Shown: piece after piece, positions 25,640 through 38,107 of the stretch
How positions within the stretch are numbered: the stretch's first letter is position 1
Layout of the letters: each line of letters begins with the position of its first letter
Assembly: GCF_030684315.1 (NCBI RefSeq)
Contig: NC_081387.1
Location: 11,820,867-11,884,866, forward strand
Length of the DNA: 64,000 bases
From: Stegostoma tigrinum
Taxonomy: Eukaryota
Direction: 5' to 3'
Notes under the pieces: model-generated
Seen by the model: the letters and a program-made list of their open reading frames with translations, nothing else
Told to the model about the DNA's origin: nothing
Databases searched by the model: none
Made by a program: the position numbers and the translations under genes

Positions 25640-25700
25640 CCCATTTTCTGCAAGGATACAGGAGCCTGAAACAGTCATCAGAGTTGAGACAGAGCTCCTG
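25640..25700 (+). CDS. Possible gene 1 cytoplasmic exon: (S)PFSARIQEPETVIRVETELL
   Basis: ttgtctgcag| ... CTG|GTAAAT, phase 2 to phase 0; inclusion would switch the next exon's frame and require a further exon at 26267. Ambiguous. Confidence 0.35.
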
Positions 25701-25899
25701 GTAAATACCCCTGAGATGCCCCCATCCGACAAAGTTAAAGGTCAAAGTTTGAGAAGTTATAGTCAAACAGGAAAATCAGCTTATCTCAACGGACATGATG
25801 GGTTGAACAGCCTTATCTCTACTTTAAATACATCCACATTTCTGTGGTCAAATGTTATCAGCAAATGTGGCTGAGTTCTTCCTTTTCATTGTTTTGCAG

Positions 25900-25937
25900 A
25901 CAAGTCCAAGTTGTTTCAGAGATATTCTGCGTAGATG
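25900..25937 (+). CDS. Gene 1 cytoplasmic mini-exon (QVQVVSEIFCVD or TSPSCFRDILRR depending on the upstream exon)
   Basis: Acceptor ttttcattgttttgcag|, donor ATG|GTACGT; two open frames. Confidence 0.55.
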
Positions 25938-27854
25938 GTACGTAAAGCTGGTTTTGGTTATATTTGAAAATAATATAAACTTCTATGGGGTTATTAAAAC
26001 CCTCAGGATTACCATGATACTGAGTTTAAAATGGTTGAAAGGTTTCCAGTTTGGCACCCGAATTATGATTCAGAAAAAAAATCCCTAAACGTTACAGTTT
26101 TCTTAACTCATTTAATACCTTCTTATAATTGTTTCCACTTCCACAAAGTACTTATCTCTCAGTCAATGGCATCTGATTTAATCAAAGGCAGCACTTTATT
26201 TTCACTCTTCCATTGAACAGAAATCAGATCTTTAGAGATAATCACAATTTTCTGCCTTTTTTTTAGTCATGGTGTCCACTTACGCAAGTTAGAGGAAAGT
26301 AAAGTTCTGTGGCAGAAACAGTATACAATTGCAGGAATGTGGATATGAATATTCTGGAAAAAAAGAATACACTTTGTCACATTTCTCTTGTACCCATTAG
26401 GACAATTCACTAATGTAAATATGAAAGTAAATGGAAAACATATTGTATATCATAGTATTGTATGAGAGAAAATGCTAATTGGTTGGCAAATTGCCTCTGA
26501 CTACAGACGTGTTGAGATGTAGGATGAACTAGTTCTGGACGACTGACAGTTAACTGCCAAACTTTCATCAAATATTCAACTAGGCAGCTTGACCCTGATT
26601 GATCAGAGCATTGCCCAACTGATAATCCTAAATTGGTTATCAGTGTAACTCTTCACGAATCAGTATTATGTAGCAAATGTTTTCCAATCACAGTATCACC
26701 GTAATGTTGGACGCTGCATCGTGAGGTTTGCAAATGCAGATTAGTTGAATACCTTTCTTGTTTCACTGAGTTGGAGGGATATTCAGTGTCATAAGATTCT
26801 AGAGGGCTACAGGGATAGTGCCGGAGAGTAGGACTAACTGGGTAGCTTTTCTGGGGGCCAGTACAGGCATGATAACTTGAATGGCTTCCTTCTATAAGGT
26901 AATATTCTGTGATTCTATGATTCTAAGTTTGCCATTCATTGGGAGAAATGGCTAACTTTCCTAGCATCGGACCAACAATGAAATTCACATGCCACATTAA
27001 TTAGCTGTGTGATAGGCAGAATGCCTTTTCAGCTTGGCAGGAAAAATGAAACCGATGTGCTTGCTATGACTGAAATTAATGATGTGGTATATGCCTGTCA
27101 ATACCTGTGCGAGGCTCGACAAGTAAGCCATATGTTCATTAGACAAAGACCAAATATCATATAAAATGACATATCCTTACAGTCATTTGCCACAAGCAGG
27201 TGCTGACTATGTGCAACCAGCCCATGTAGGCAGAATGCCAACCAAACATTAGATGTGAAACCTGTGATTAAACAACATTTTCAAAATAATCTTTGGGGGT
27301 ATGCAACACATGAACTTTCAATAAAATATGATTCTCTTCAGCTATAACTACATTAAGTATTTGACAATGGACATTAATAAAATTTAAGTAGTGAGAGAGT
27401 GGGGAGACTTGTGAAAGGGACAAGACAGACTCCATGGGCTGACACACTTTCTACTGAGCTGTATCAGCCTATTCTATGGTTCTATTCTAATTGTGACATG
27501 AATGTGAGAATACCTGAGATGCTCAACTGTTGGATACATTGGGGTTGAATTTGGATGTGAACAGAGCTACAGGACATGCTGGAAATTGTATTTCACTGAC
27601 TGTTACACCAGCTGATGAACGTACACTCCAAACAAAGATAAGATTGAACATTGACCAGGGGAGTATCCCACAGAACTGGGTGAAAGATAGCTTTACCTCT
27701 CAGACAATAGCACTGTTTGTTGATTTTTATTGAGGGGTAAGATTATTTAGGGTATAGAGCCAATGTTCCGAATATTCTTGCTGGTTTTCACAATTGGCTG
27801 TTTAGGGTAAAGATGCAACTATTTCAGTGGAATTTCTCAAAATGCATAGTTTGA

Positions 27855-28380
27855 GTCATAGTGTCGTACAGCACAGAAACAGACCCTTCAGTCCAACCAG
27901 CCCATGCTGACCATAATCCCAAACTAAACTAGTTAATAGGCCCATATCCCTTTTTCCTAATATTTCCTAATCATGTGCTTATCTCACCACTTCCCCTGGA
28001 AGTTCGTTCCACACACGGACCACTCTCTGTGTCGAACAAAAATGCCCTTCGTATCTTTTTTAAATATTTCCCCTCTCACTCTAAAAATATGTCCTCTTGT
28101 CTTTAAATCCCACACCTGAGGGAAAACACACCTGCCAGTCACCTTGTCTGTACCTCATGGTTTTATGAACCTCTATAAGTTCACTGCTCAACCTCCAGTG
28201 AAAAAAAAGTCCCAGCCTATCCAGCCTCTCCTTAGAGTGCAAACCCTCCATTCCTGGTAACTTGCTGGCAAATCTCTTCTGAATCCTCTCTAGCTTAATA
28301 ACATCCTTCCTATCATAGGCTGACCAGAACTGAACACAGTACTCCGGAAGAGTTCTCACCAGCACCCTGTAAAACCTCAA
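27855..28380 (-). mobile_element. CR1 LINE 3' fragment
   Basis: YRVLVRTLPEYCVQFWSAYDRKDVIKLERIQKRF on the minus strand. Confidence 0.85.
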
Positions 28381-28889
28381 ATGGATGCTGCATCTTTTAA
28401 AAGACAGTCAGTATGCATTTCATACAATTTATGAGTTGCAGTGAGCTTATGCTTTTACCGTAACGTAAGGAAGCAACAGTATCAACGTTGCAAAACTATT
28501 ACTGGCCCTGGGGACTTATCAATTTATACATTACAGTGCCCTACAGACAACAACTGTGAGTGTTAATATCAACATTGGTTCATGCTGGACTTACTTATGG
28601 GAATATTGTTGAACAGTACAATGCAAGGGTACCCTGCTCTTCTTTGAAAGATGCCAGGAAATTTTACTGACAGTGAAATGGTTTCTGTTTAATTGAATGA
28701 AGAATGTCTGACAATGCGGCCTCAGTTCCAGACAGAAATAAAACGCCATTTTTCTGTTCTCCAATGGTAGATTATCACTTGAATCCAGATGTTTCACTAT
28801 TTAGTGTTGCAAACTAAGCACAACTGGAAGCATTAAACAATCTTAAGGACATACTTATGCAGTAGTATCTTATTTTTATTCATATTTAA

Positions 28890-29170
28890 GGTGGCTCAGT
28901 GTTTAGCACTGCCGCCTCACAGTGCCAGGGACCCGGACTCCATTCCACCCTCGGGCGACTGTCTGTGCGGAGTTTGCACATTCTCCCTGTGTCTACATGG
29001 GTTTCCTCCCAGTGCTCTGGGTTCCTCCCACAGTCCAAAGATGTGCAGATGAGGTGGATTGGCCATGCTAAATTGCCTGTAGTGTTCAGGGGTGTGTGGA
29101 TTAGATGGGTCTGGGTGGGATTCTCTCAGAGTTGGTGTGGAGTTGTTGGGCCAGTGGGCCAGTATCCACA
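28890..29170 (+). mobile_element. HE1-like SINE
   Basis: gtggctcagtgtttagcactgccgcctcacagtgccagggacccgg...gagtttgcacattctccc...cccacagtccaaagatgtgcag. Confidence 0.85.
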
Positions 29171-29432
29171 CAGTAACAATACCACAACTATAAGAAACTC
29201 TTTCCATAAAAGTGCTTATAATGCAACATTTCTAACAATTCCAGCAGATACCTTCCATTATGGAGCCATAGGGTCATACAGCACAGAAACAGACCCTTCA
29301 ATCTGATCAATCCATGCCGAACATAATCCCAAACTAAACTAGTCTAACCTGCCTGCTCCCAGCCCATATCCCCCAAAACGTTTGCCATTCATCTATGTTC
29401 TATATTTGTATTCTCGTGCTTTTGTCTTTTAG

Positions 29433-29473
29433 ATATTCTAACTTTACCTGTCATGGATGAAGTGCAGAATCTG
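29433..29473 (+). CDS. Gene 1 cytoplasmic mini-exon: xILTLPVMDEVQNL
   Basis: Acceptor ttttgtcttttag|, donor CTG|GTAAGT; phase 1 to phase 0. Confidence 0.7.
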
Positions 29474-31189
29474 GTAAGTAACCTAATAGGAAGACAATCA
29501 CTGCACTTGAAATCTACATTTGCACATTAGGACTGAAACAAAGTATACCCAAGTCCCCAGATACAAAATCAAGCACAAGGTTGCAGAAATACCTAGACTG
29601 TTCCTGAAAATGATTGCCGTTAAAGAGCAGAAGGAGATTTTGTTAAAAATAACTGGGAGGCTGACACTGGTCACTATTATATGCAATGTCTGATGCCTCA
29701 ATTCAAAGTATAGTTAATAATTTGCTGTCAGACCTCCCACATTTCTCCATTGGCTCTGATATTAATGTCTCATCACTGGGATCAATGCACCACATTGAAC
29801 TTGGGATAACTGATGTTTAGTTTCCAGTATATTGATGGCAGATAACAATTAAAGCCGATGCATTGAGAAGTAAGTGACCTCTGCATCAAAAAACACTGAC
29901 CAACAACTGTATTGCTTCTGAAGAACTTTACAAGTATGAAGTCTCACTTCTGAAGCAGGTAATGAGTTTGGAAATATCATCGTATATGTACTCAGAGCAT
30001 ATGTACATGTTTTAATACTAACTGTATTTCACAATCTTATTTCACTTTCTGTTCTTGATTTAAATCCAGTTAATACACTATGCTTTATCTATTACAGTTT
30101 GCATTCTGGAATTACAAGTGGCAGCGTTAATTGCTGGTAGCCAGCAGATAATATTCAGTTCCATTGTTGTCAACAGGATTAAACATCAAGTACAGAAGTC
30201 AATTTCACACCATCTGCTTTACTGCCATTTGTTAGGATAACTTTCATCCCTATGCGAGTCAAAGTGGATTGTTCAATTGGATAGTTCCTGGTCTTGCTAG
30301 ATATGTTAGACTACCAATAGATAGCACTCAGCTTAAAATTAATTTAAAACTTCTCTGCAGACTAAAGTCTGTAAAACAAATTTGTATACAACTGTAGGTG
30401 AGACAATGAATGATCACCATTAATCAACTGTAAAACTCAGACATTACATTATGCATCAATACAACTGCTACCAAATAACCATAAGGAATATGATCATCTT
30501 TCACTTCTAATTGTTCACGGAGAAAACATATTATTTCAATGTTTTACCAGAAGGAAGTTGTAACACCCATCCATTGGCAAACAATGGGAAGAGTATGGTT
30601 GAATCTTATTTGGAGACAGTGCCAAAGGTTCTTAGAATCTCCAATAACAATCGAGTGATTGTTTAATCTGTGGTGAGGATTACCTTAAACATCTACATTT
30701 CACTGATCCCTACTAGTTAAATTGTACATTTTAACATCAATACCCTTGATATTCTGACTCCTTCCAGTCATATGAAGACATTTACTTTGTGCAGGAGAAA
30801 ATTTGCCTCTCTGGACCCAAAATGACATGAAATTTCTGCATGTTTATTAACAACAATATCAAAACAGTGAGCTGTTCTAGCATGTTGGTGACATGGGAAA
30901 CATGCCATTGAGATTCTTTGGGTCCAAGTATGTTGATGATGTCATAAGCATGGGAGCTAAAGGGATTTTCTTACTCTGTTCTCACAATGTGTTAAACATA
31001 GTTGGGATATTTCTTTTTTACCAGTGATTACTTAAAACACAGTGAGAGGAATTTCATGCCCAATTTTACCACATTTATTTTAGGGTGGCCACATTTGAAG
31101 CATTCATTAGTGCAATACCAGCTCTATTCAGTTATGTTTAAGCTGCAGTAAAGCACAATGTCAACTGGAGTACATACACACATGCAGGT

Positions 31190-31512
31190 AGCATGGGCAC
31201 TCAATGGTTAACACAGCTGCTTCATATCCAGGCAGGGACCTGGCTTTAATTTGGGCAACAGTCTGTTTTGCATTAGTGTATTCTGCCTGTGTCTGTGTGG
31301 GTTTCCTTCCGCAGTCCAAAGATGTGCAGGTTAAGTGGATTGGTCACGCTAAATTGCCCATAGTATCCATGGATGTGTTGATTAGGTGAATTAGCCACAG
31401 AAAATGCAGAGTTATAGAGTAGGGGGTTGAATCTGGGTGGGATAGGATGCTGTTTGGATGGCCAGTTCAGATTTGATAGGCGGAATGGCCTGCTTCTGCA
31501 CTGTGGGGATTC
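31190..31512 (+). mobile_element. HE1-like SINE (diverged)
   Basis: gtgtctgtgtgggtttccttccgcagtccaaagatgtgcaggttaagtggattggtcacgctaaattgccc. Confidence 0.75.
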
Positions 31513-31655
31513 TATGTATAACTTTAACTCCAACAGTAGAGAATAATGTTTTTTTTTCTGTGACAGTTCATAGATGTATGATCATGTCAGTGCATTAAAA
31601 TGTCTTGGTCTATAAAAATGTCCATTTCATTTGGTAATGTTTTATCTTATAACAG

Positions 31656-31697
31656 GATCAAGACGAGAGTGAACTGGAATCTGACACACTGTGCATG
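31656..31697 (+). CDS. Gene 1 cytoplasmic mini-exon: DQDESELESDTLCM
   Basis: tttatcttataacag| ... ATG|GTATGG; 42 nt, phase 0-0. Confidence 0.65.
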
Positions 31698-31784
31698 GTA
31701 TGGAAGTATTCCACTTTGTTCAATTATGTTACCCTTCATTGAAAGCAGAGTAATCATTAACAGAGTTTAATTTGTGTTCCAAAG

Positions 31785-31828
31785 GTTGAAAACAATGAAG
31801 ACACATCGATTTACACACCTATGGAAAG
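31785..31828 (+). CDS. Gene 1 cytoplasmic mini-exon with YxxM: VENNEDTSIYTPME
   Basis: tttgtgttccaaag| ... AAG|GTGAAT; phase 0 to phase 2; acidic residues before YTPM (31812-31823). Confidence 0.65.
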
Positions 31829-33745
31829 GTGAATCCTAATTCTTCCATTGCAACAGTTACAGTTACAGACCGTAGCTATTTGTCTTCCAGTATTGCCTGT
31901 GGAAAGCATAGTAGTCAGCTGAGGCATGTTATAAAGCTAGCATAGTGTGTTTATGGACGGCATTGAGCTCAACAATGTACAAATGTATGGGCTTTCCAGG
32001 GTTTCCCCCAACAGCTGAACTTTAGGTCTACTAGAGAAGAGCAGGATTCCCTGTTACATTTCATGGGTAATCTATTGGATACGCTGGAAACTGATTAAAA
32101 AAAACACAACCTTGCATCATTCTGTTACAACAAAGTAAGCCTTGGCGATTATCGAGAGACACTTGGTTGTGCTTTCCGAATTCAAATGTGGTCAACGACA
32201 TTAAAACATCAGGTAACCATAAGGAACATGATCTTCTTTCACTTTTCATTTTTTCACAGAGAAACCGTAATATTTCAATTTTGCACTAGTGGAAAGTCAC
32301 AACACATGCCCATTGCTGAAAAATAGGAAGTATATGGTTTAATCCTGCCACAAGGATTCCCAGAGCACTCCAGCAACAAACAGTATTTTCAGCAAGCCTT
32401 CCCCGCTCCCCCCACCCCCCCAACAATGTGCAAAAGCAGCTGGTGGACCGGACTGTGGAGCGAGGTCTGCTCAGGCACTTATTTCAAAGACGTGGTCCCA
32501 AGCGTTACTAAGTGGAGCATGAAATCATCACTGCACATCAATTTAGCCTCTTTAGGACACTTGGGCTTTAAAGCTCACAAACCAGGAGGGAGAAGATCAG
32601 CAGTTCATTCTGCATTCCATCAGCTTTTCTTCCCAGTCAATTCAATGCTGTCCTGGAATCGCTCCTCTGGTGATTCCCAGCAAGTTGACTTTCACCCCAG
32701 CTATTTTACTCCATACAATTTGTTTCATTTTCACCCACATCCCTCTCTGTATTTGACTGCTTCTTGTTGGGTTTCATACGAAGTTACGTTCATGTAAAAG
32801 TGCTAATGACAGAGCAGGAGCTAATTTCAACCGAAAGCTAGATGAGCAGAAGAGCTGGTGGAATCCCAGTTTTATGTTGTAAGCTGCATCACCTGACACT
32901 AGGGAGTTATATCAGGTGCAATGCAAAACAAATGGAGGAAATGACCTACTATTTGGGATGTTGAGGGGATTGGTGCAGGTAGAGATTTAGGGAGAAGCAA
33001 ATTTTACTCCACATGACATTGGCTGGACATTAATATTGAGTAGGATACAAAACTGGCATTCCCTCTGAACCTCTGGCCTTCTGTCAGTGGGGAAGGTGAC
33101 AATTTCTCCCAGTGCCTCTGAAGGCATCTTGCTGGCATAGAGTCGTACAGCATGGAAACAGTCCCTTTGATCCGACTATAGTCCTCGCTGACCATATTCC
33201 AAAATTAAACCAGTCCCATTTGTCTGCGTTTGGCCCACATCCCTCCAAACCTTTCTCCAAACATTGTTGTAAATGTCCCTGTATCTACCACTGATTCTGG
33301 CAGTTTATTCTACACATGAATGACACAGTGTTTAAAAAAAAATTGGCCCCAGTCATTAGTATAAATGTGAGGTGTTCTTTAGGATTTCAATCTTTTGTCA
33401 TTGTTCACCATACAGGATAGTGTTGTAGGTCAAGGATAAATTCTTCAGAAGTGTTCTACTAGCATCATGATGGGGATGGGGGAGGTACAGTTACTAGGAA
33501 GTGGCCTAGAGGGGATTAGGCCTCAGCAGTGATGGTCCAGATTAATTTGCCCATTTACTCAGTTTGTCCACTTTAATAAGAAGCCAGCTGTACAAATATT
33601 CAAGCCTCAGCTGCTCCAGCGGAGTGTCACAACATGCCTCAGCTAGTTGATTAAAAGTATCTATAAAAGAAAGGTTGAAACACACGTGATTGATTGCATT
33701 GTCTGTAAGAAGAAAATAGTATTATCTTTTGTTGGTTTCTGACAG

Positions 33746-33783
33746 TGTAAAGACCTTCAGCAACTCAACAGCGACTGAGATGG
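33746..33783 (+). CDS. Gene 1 cytoplasmic mini-exon: (S)VKTFSNSTATEM, GC donor
   Basis: ttggtttctgacag| ... ATGG|GCAAGT; phase 2 to phase 1, bridging the neighbouring exons. Confidence 0.5.
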
Positions 33784-33903
33784 GCAAGTACCTCAATTCA
33801 TTTAAATGTTTAAAAGAGCTGGTGAGAAATTAGAAGTACATCTTTTGTGGACTAACATAACCCACTTAAACCTTGCTTTTAATTTCTTACCATCTATCGG
33901 GAG

Positions 33904-33953
33904 ATCTTCTGGAAATAGATACCTTTCATGGCTTTTCAAGTGACAATGATATG
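33904..33953 (+). CDS. Gene 1 cytoplasmic mini-exon: (D)LLEIDTFHGFSSDNDM (in-frame alternative acceptor at 33919)
   Basis: Strong donor ATG|GTAAGG; phase 1 to phase 0; acceptor uncertain. Confidence 0.5.
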
Positions 33954-34249
33954 GTAAGGTTTTGCTCTGGTGTCATGACAGTGCATTCATTTAACACCTT
34001 TCAAGCTCAGAATGATTTACAGCCAATGAGGGACTTGTGAAGTGTAGTCATTGATGCAGTGTAAAACAGACAGATTTGTATAAGGCAGTGTCCCATAGGA
34101 AGTAATTGATAATGATAAAGTCTAATGTCACTTGTTCAGGAAAGCACATCAGTCAAACCACTAGAGTGAACTCTCCTGCTGTTCTTCAAAATTATGTCAT
34201 GGGATTTCTTTGAATTTGATTTAATATTGTCACGTGTGCTGAGATACGA

Positions 34250-34788
34250 TGGCTTCCTCCACATCGGGGAAACTAAGCAGAGGCATAGAGGCTGCCTTGT
34301 GGAACACCTATGCTCTGTTTATGACAAATGACAACACCCCCCAGTCACGAACCACTTCAACTCCCTCCTCCCACACCCTGGATGACATGCCCATCCTGGG
34401 CGTCTTCCAGTGACACAACGATGCCACCCGTAAAATGGAAGAACAGCACCTCATATTCTGCCTTGGAAGCCTACAGCCCAATGGTCTCAATGTGGTCTTT
34501 ACAAGCTTCAAAATCTCCCCACCCCCGACCTCATCCCAAGACCAGCCTCTCCTCTGATCCCCGCCTCATTGACCTGTCTGTCTTCTCTCCCACCTATCCA
34601 CTCCTCCCACCTCACTGACCAACCCCCATCACTACCTACCTGCTATCACGGCCCCCCGCTCTCTATTCATTTCAGAGCCTCCTTCGCCTCCACCATTTCT
34701 GAAGAAGGGTCCAGACGCGAAACGTCAGCTTTCCAGCTCTTCTGATGCTGCCTGGCCTGCTGTGTTCCTCCAGCTCCACACTGTTATT
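34250..34788 (+). mobile_element. Penelope-like element 3' fragment (GIY-YIG remnant plus hammerhead-bearing terminus) nested in a Rex-Babar 3' end
   Basis: HIGETK..EHL and HNDATRKMEEQHLIFCLGSLQPNGLN remnants; CTGAAGA-AGGGTCCAGACGC-GAAACGTC at 34699-34726. Confidence 0.75.
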
Positions 34789-34789
34789 A

Positions 34790-35280
34790 CAATGAAAAAT
34801 GGTGTCTTATGTGCTTTATATGTAGATGGTACTATACAAGTGCATCAGGGTAGCAGGACAGAGTGCATGTTATGGAGTTACAGCCACAGAGAAGGTGCAG
34901 ACAGAGATCAACATTAACATTTAAAAGGTCTATTCAAAAGTCTGATAACAAGGAAGACGTTGTTAATGAATCTGGTCAAATGTTTGTATCTTCTGAGATG
35001 GAAGAGAGTATAACCAGGATATGAGGGGTCTTTGATGATGGTTGCTTTCCTGAGACAGAGGGAAGTATAGGTGGAGTCAATGGATCGAAGGTTAGGCTTG
35101 TACGGTGGACTGGGCTGTGTTCACAACACTGTAGTTTCTTGTGGTGTTGGGAAGAGATATATCATGCTGCGATATATCCAAATCAGCCACTTTCTATGGT
35201 GCACCTGTAATATTTCTAAGAGTCTTAATGGACATGTGGAATCTCGTTAGGCTCCTGAGGAAGCTGAGTTGTTGTTGAGC
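34790..35280 (-). mobile_element. Rex1/Babar-like LINE 3' fragment (its tip lies at ~34210-34248, beyond the Penelope insert)
   Basis: Colinear similarity to the 37325-37845 copy (aagtgcatcagggt; gagatcaacatt; tgggctgtgttcacaac). Confidence 0.6.
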
Positions 35281-35524
35281 TTTTACATCCACTGTAATTT
35301 ACAAAATTCGGTAACACTCAGGTGACATTTCACAAGTCTGGGTTTGAGATTAGAGTGAAGCTTTTATGACTCAGTAGTTCTCCTGGGTGAATGCAGAAAG
35401 CAACTTGTTTCTACTATCTTTATGTGAATTAGTGATAGAGAGAGAAGAGTAAATTCTCCACAGTGCATGGCCTAAATATAGTATGTAGAATTGATTTGAA
35501 GTGCCTTAACACAATCTCTAGTGT

Positions 35525-35718
35525 AACAGAGACAACAAAGTGTGGAGCTGGATGAACACAGCAGGCCAAGCAGCATCTTAGGAGCACAAAAGCTGACATT
35601 TAGGCTCGAAACATCAGCTTTTGTTCTCCTGAGATCCTGCTTGGCCTGCTGCGTTCATCCAGCCTCACACTTTGTTATCTCAGATTCTCCAGCATCTGCA
35701 GTTCCTATTATCTCTGAT
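35525..35718. mobile_element. Short hairpin-shaped Penelope-terminus insertion with 14-bp TSD
   Basis: ACAATCTCTAGTGT at 35511-35524 and 35719-35732; internal inverted repeat gctggatgaacacagcaggccaagcag / ctgcttggcctgctgcgttcatccagc. Confidence 0.85.
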
Positions 35719-36019
35719 ACAATCTCTAGTGTGCTTGGTTCCTAACTGGAAATCACTCATGAATCACCACAAAACCATTTATCCCCTTCTCTGTTCTGAG
35801 AAACAGAAACATTACAATGAATTTGCTTCCTTGAGATTTACATTGGACCCACGCTACATCTAATATGGAACGTAAAAACAAATAGTGGCTTTCATTTGAC
35901 CAATGACAAAGGAATAAATTTTCAGAGTAACCATCTGTCTCAATATGCAATGGCGAATGAAAGATGCTACCTAGAAATTGTAACAACATGGTAGATGTAA
36001 CTTGGTAATTATTTTTATT

Positions 36020-36360
36020 CATCATTAGGATGACGACACTGTTGACTAGGCCAGCATTTATTGCCCATTCATAATTGCCTAAAGGGCAGTTATGAGTGAG
36101 CCATATTGGCTGTGGGTCTGGAGTCACATGTAGATGAGAGCAGGTAAGGCTGACAGTTTCCTTCCCTGAAGGACATTAGTGAACCAGGTGGGTTTTTCCT
36201 GACAGTTGACAATGGATTCATGGTCATCTACAGACTCTTAATTCCAGATATTCATTGAATTCAAATTCTACCATCTGCCATGGCGAAATTCAAACCCAGG
36301 TCCCCAGAACACTACCTGGGTCTCTGGATTAACAATCCCCCCATAATACCGCTAGGCCAT
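36020..36360 (-). mobile_element. Deu/SacSINE-type SINE
   Basis: ccagcatttattgcccat...gtgggtctggagtcacatgtag...ttccttccctgaaggacattagtgaaccag...; similar copy at 39950-40290. Confidence 0.7.
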
Positions 36361-37324
36361 CCTCTCTCTTCGGTATAAGACATAGCGAACACTAATCGTG
36401 TCTGTTTCACAGCTCTCTACTTGCTATTTTAAGTCATTGGCATTCATGATGCAAGCCAACTATTGCTTTTATTAAAAACATGATAGTTAAAAATTATATA
36501 AATATAGGTGTGTTCATTGGTATTAATCTCTTTTCCATCAGTTTGGCTCCATTACTGGCTTTCTTGCTTCTGAAGCAAGCTTTTGCAGAATTAAGTTTTA
36601 CTTCAAAAATTCCATAGATGATTGTGATTTATTGCAATTGTGTGGGGATGAGAGTATGCTAAGATGCAAGATGTTCCACCTCTCAAGATGTCCACTCTTC
36701 AGGCTAAACGTTGTAGGCATTTTGACAAACCTCATTCATTCCAGCATGTTGCTTTCATAAAAAAACACTGAGGCATCCAAATGCATATCAATGAGATGAA
36801 CTGGTCATTTATGTTACTTTACTGTTGTATCTGGAACTGTTATTTTTAAAGTAAACATTCATGACGATAATGATTTCACTCAATGCAATCACCATTATTT
36901 CTTATTCTGTCATGAGATGTGCATTGGAAATGGAATTTTTTTTTGCCCTATTCCTATTGCCCTTGGAGAGAGGTCAATTGAGAGTCAGCCACATTGCTGT
37001 GAGTCTGGAGCAAGATGTAAGTCAGACCAGATGATAAATGCGGATTTCATTCCTTCAACGGAAATACAACAAGTAGGATTTTTGCAAAACAATGAGATTG
37101 CTTCTTTCAATCCCAGATTCATTGTTTGAGCCACTTGAATACACGCCCAACTGAATGAATCTTGGAATGCTAGCTCACTGGTGCTGTTACCACATCTTAG
37201 CTAATGTGGTGAAGTGGGTGGGATAGCAATCAGATGACAATTTAGCACTCTGATAGCATTGCGTTAGAGTTCCAGTCTGGATTTGAGGGTTGAGGTGGAG
37301 CTTGACATCAGAAACTTTTGATTC

Positions 37325-37845
37325 GATTTAATTTGATTTATTGTTAACGTATCTACTGAGATGCAGTGGAAAGCCTTGTTTTGCGTGCTATGCAGGCAGA
37401 CTGTATAATACAAAGTGCATCAGGGTGCCAGAATAGAATGAATACAGTGTTACAGGTATAGGGAAGATGCAGAGAGAGAGAGATCAGAATCAACGTTTGA
37501 GAGGTCCTTTCAAAAGTCCGATAACAGCGGGGGGAAAGCTGTTCCTGAATCCGAGCGTACGTGTACAAAGTTTTAAATCTTCCACCCAACAGAAGTGGGG
37601 GCGAGGTGGGGAAGAGGGTATACTAGGGTGGGAGGGGTCTTTGTTTATGTTGGTTAGTTTCTCGAGGCAGGTGGAAGTTTAGATTGAGTCAAAGGAAGGA
37701 AGGCTGGTTTCTGTGATGGATTGGGCTGTGTTCACAACTCTGTAGTTTCTTGTCGTATTGGGAAGAGCAATTGTCACAACACACTGTGATGTATCCAGAT
37801 AGGATGCTTTCCACGGTACATCTATTAGAATTAGTCAGTGTCTTT
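37325..37845 (-). mobile_element. Rex1/Babar-like LINE 3' fragment
   Basis: Minus strand encodes TRTLGFRNSFPPAVIGLL, resembling the R(F)xNSFFPxAIRLL C-terminal motif of this clade. Confidence 0.65.
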
Positions 37846-38107
37846 GATTCACAGGTGACAGGGCATATCTCATTTGAGCAGCAATCAGCATTACACTGGA
37901 GGGGTTAGGTGGGGATAGCCACAGCAATTATCTCTATGGGAAGGGTTATGGCAATCCTGGAATGAATAGACTTTATAGAAATGTAAGGACAGGCTATTCT
38001 TGACTATTCTATCGTACAATTAGAAGGTAGTTCAATTGAATCCAGAACAAATTTGCTATTTTTTTCAATCTCTCTTCCAAACTCACGAACAAAGCATCAA
38101 TCAACCA

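Noticed and set aside
30551-30592. Possible extra 42-nt phase 0-0 tail exon (KEVVTPIHWQTMGR)
   Set aside because: Weak donor (AGA|GTATGG) and not needed for frame continuity; cannot be supported without cDNA.
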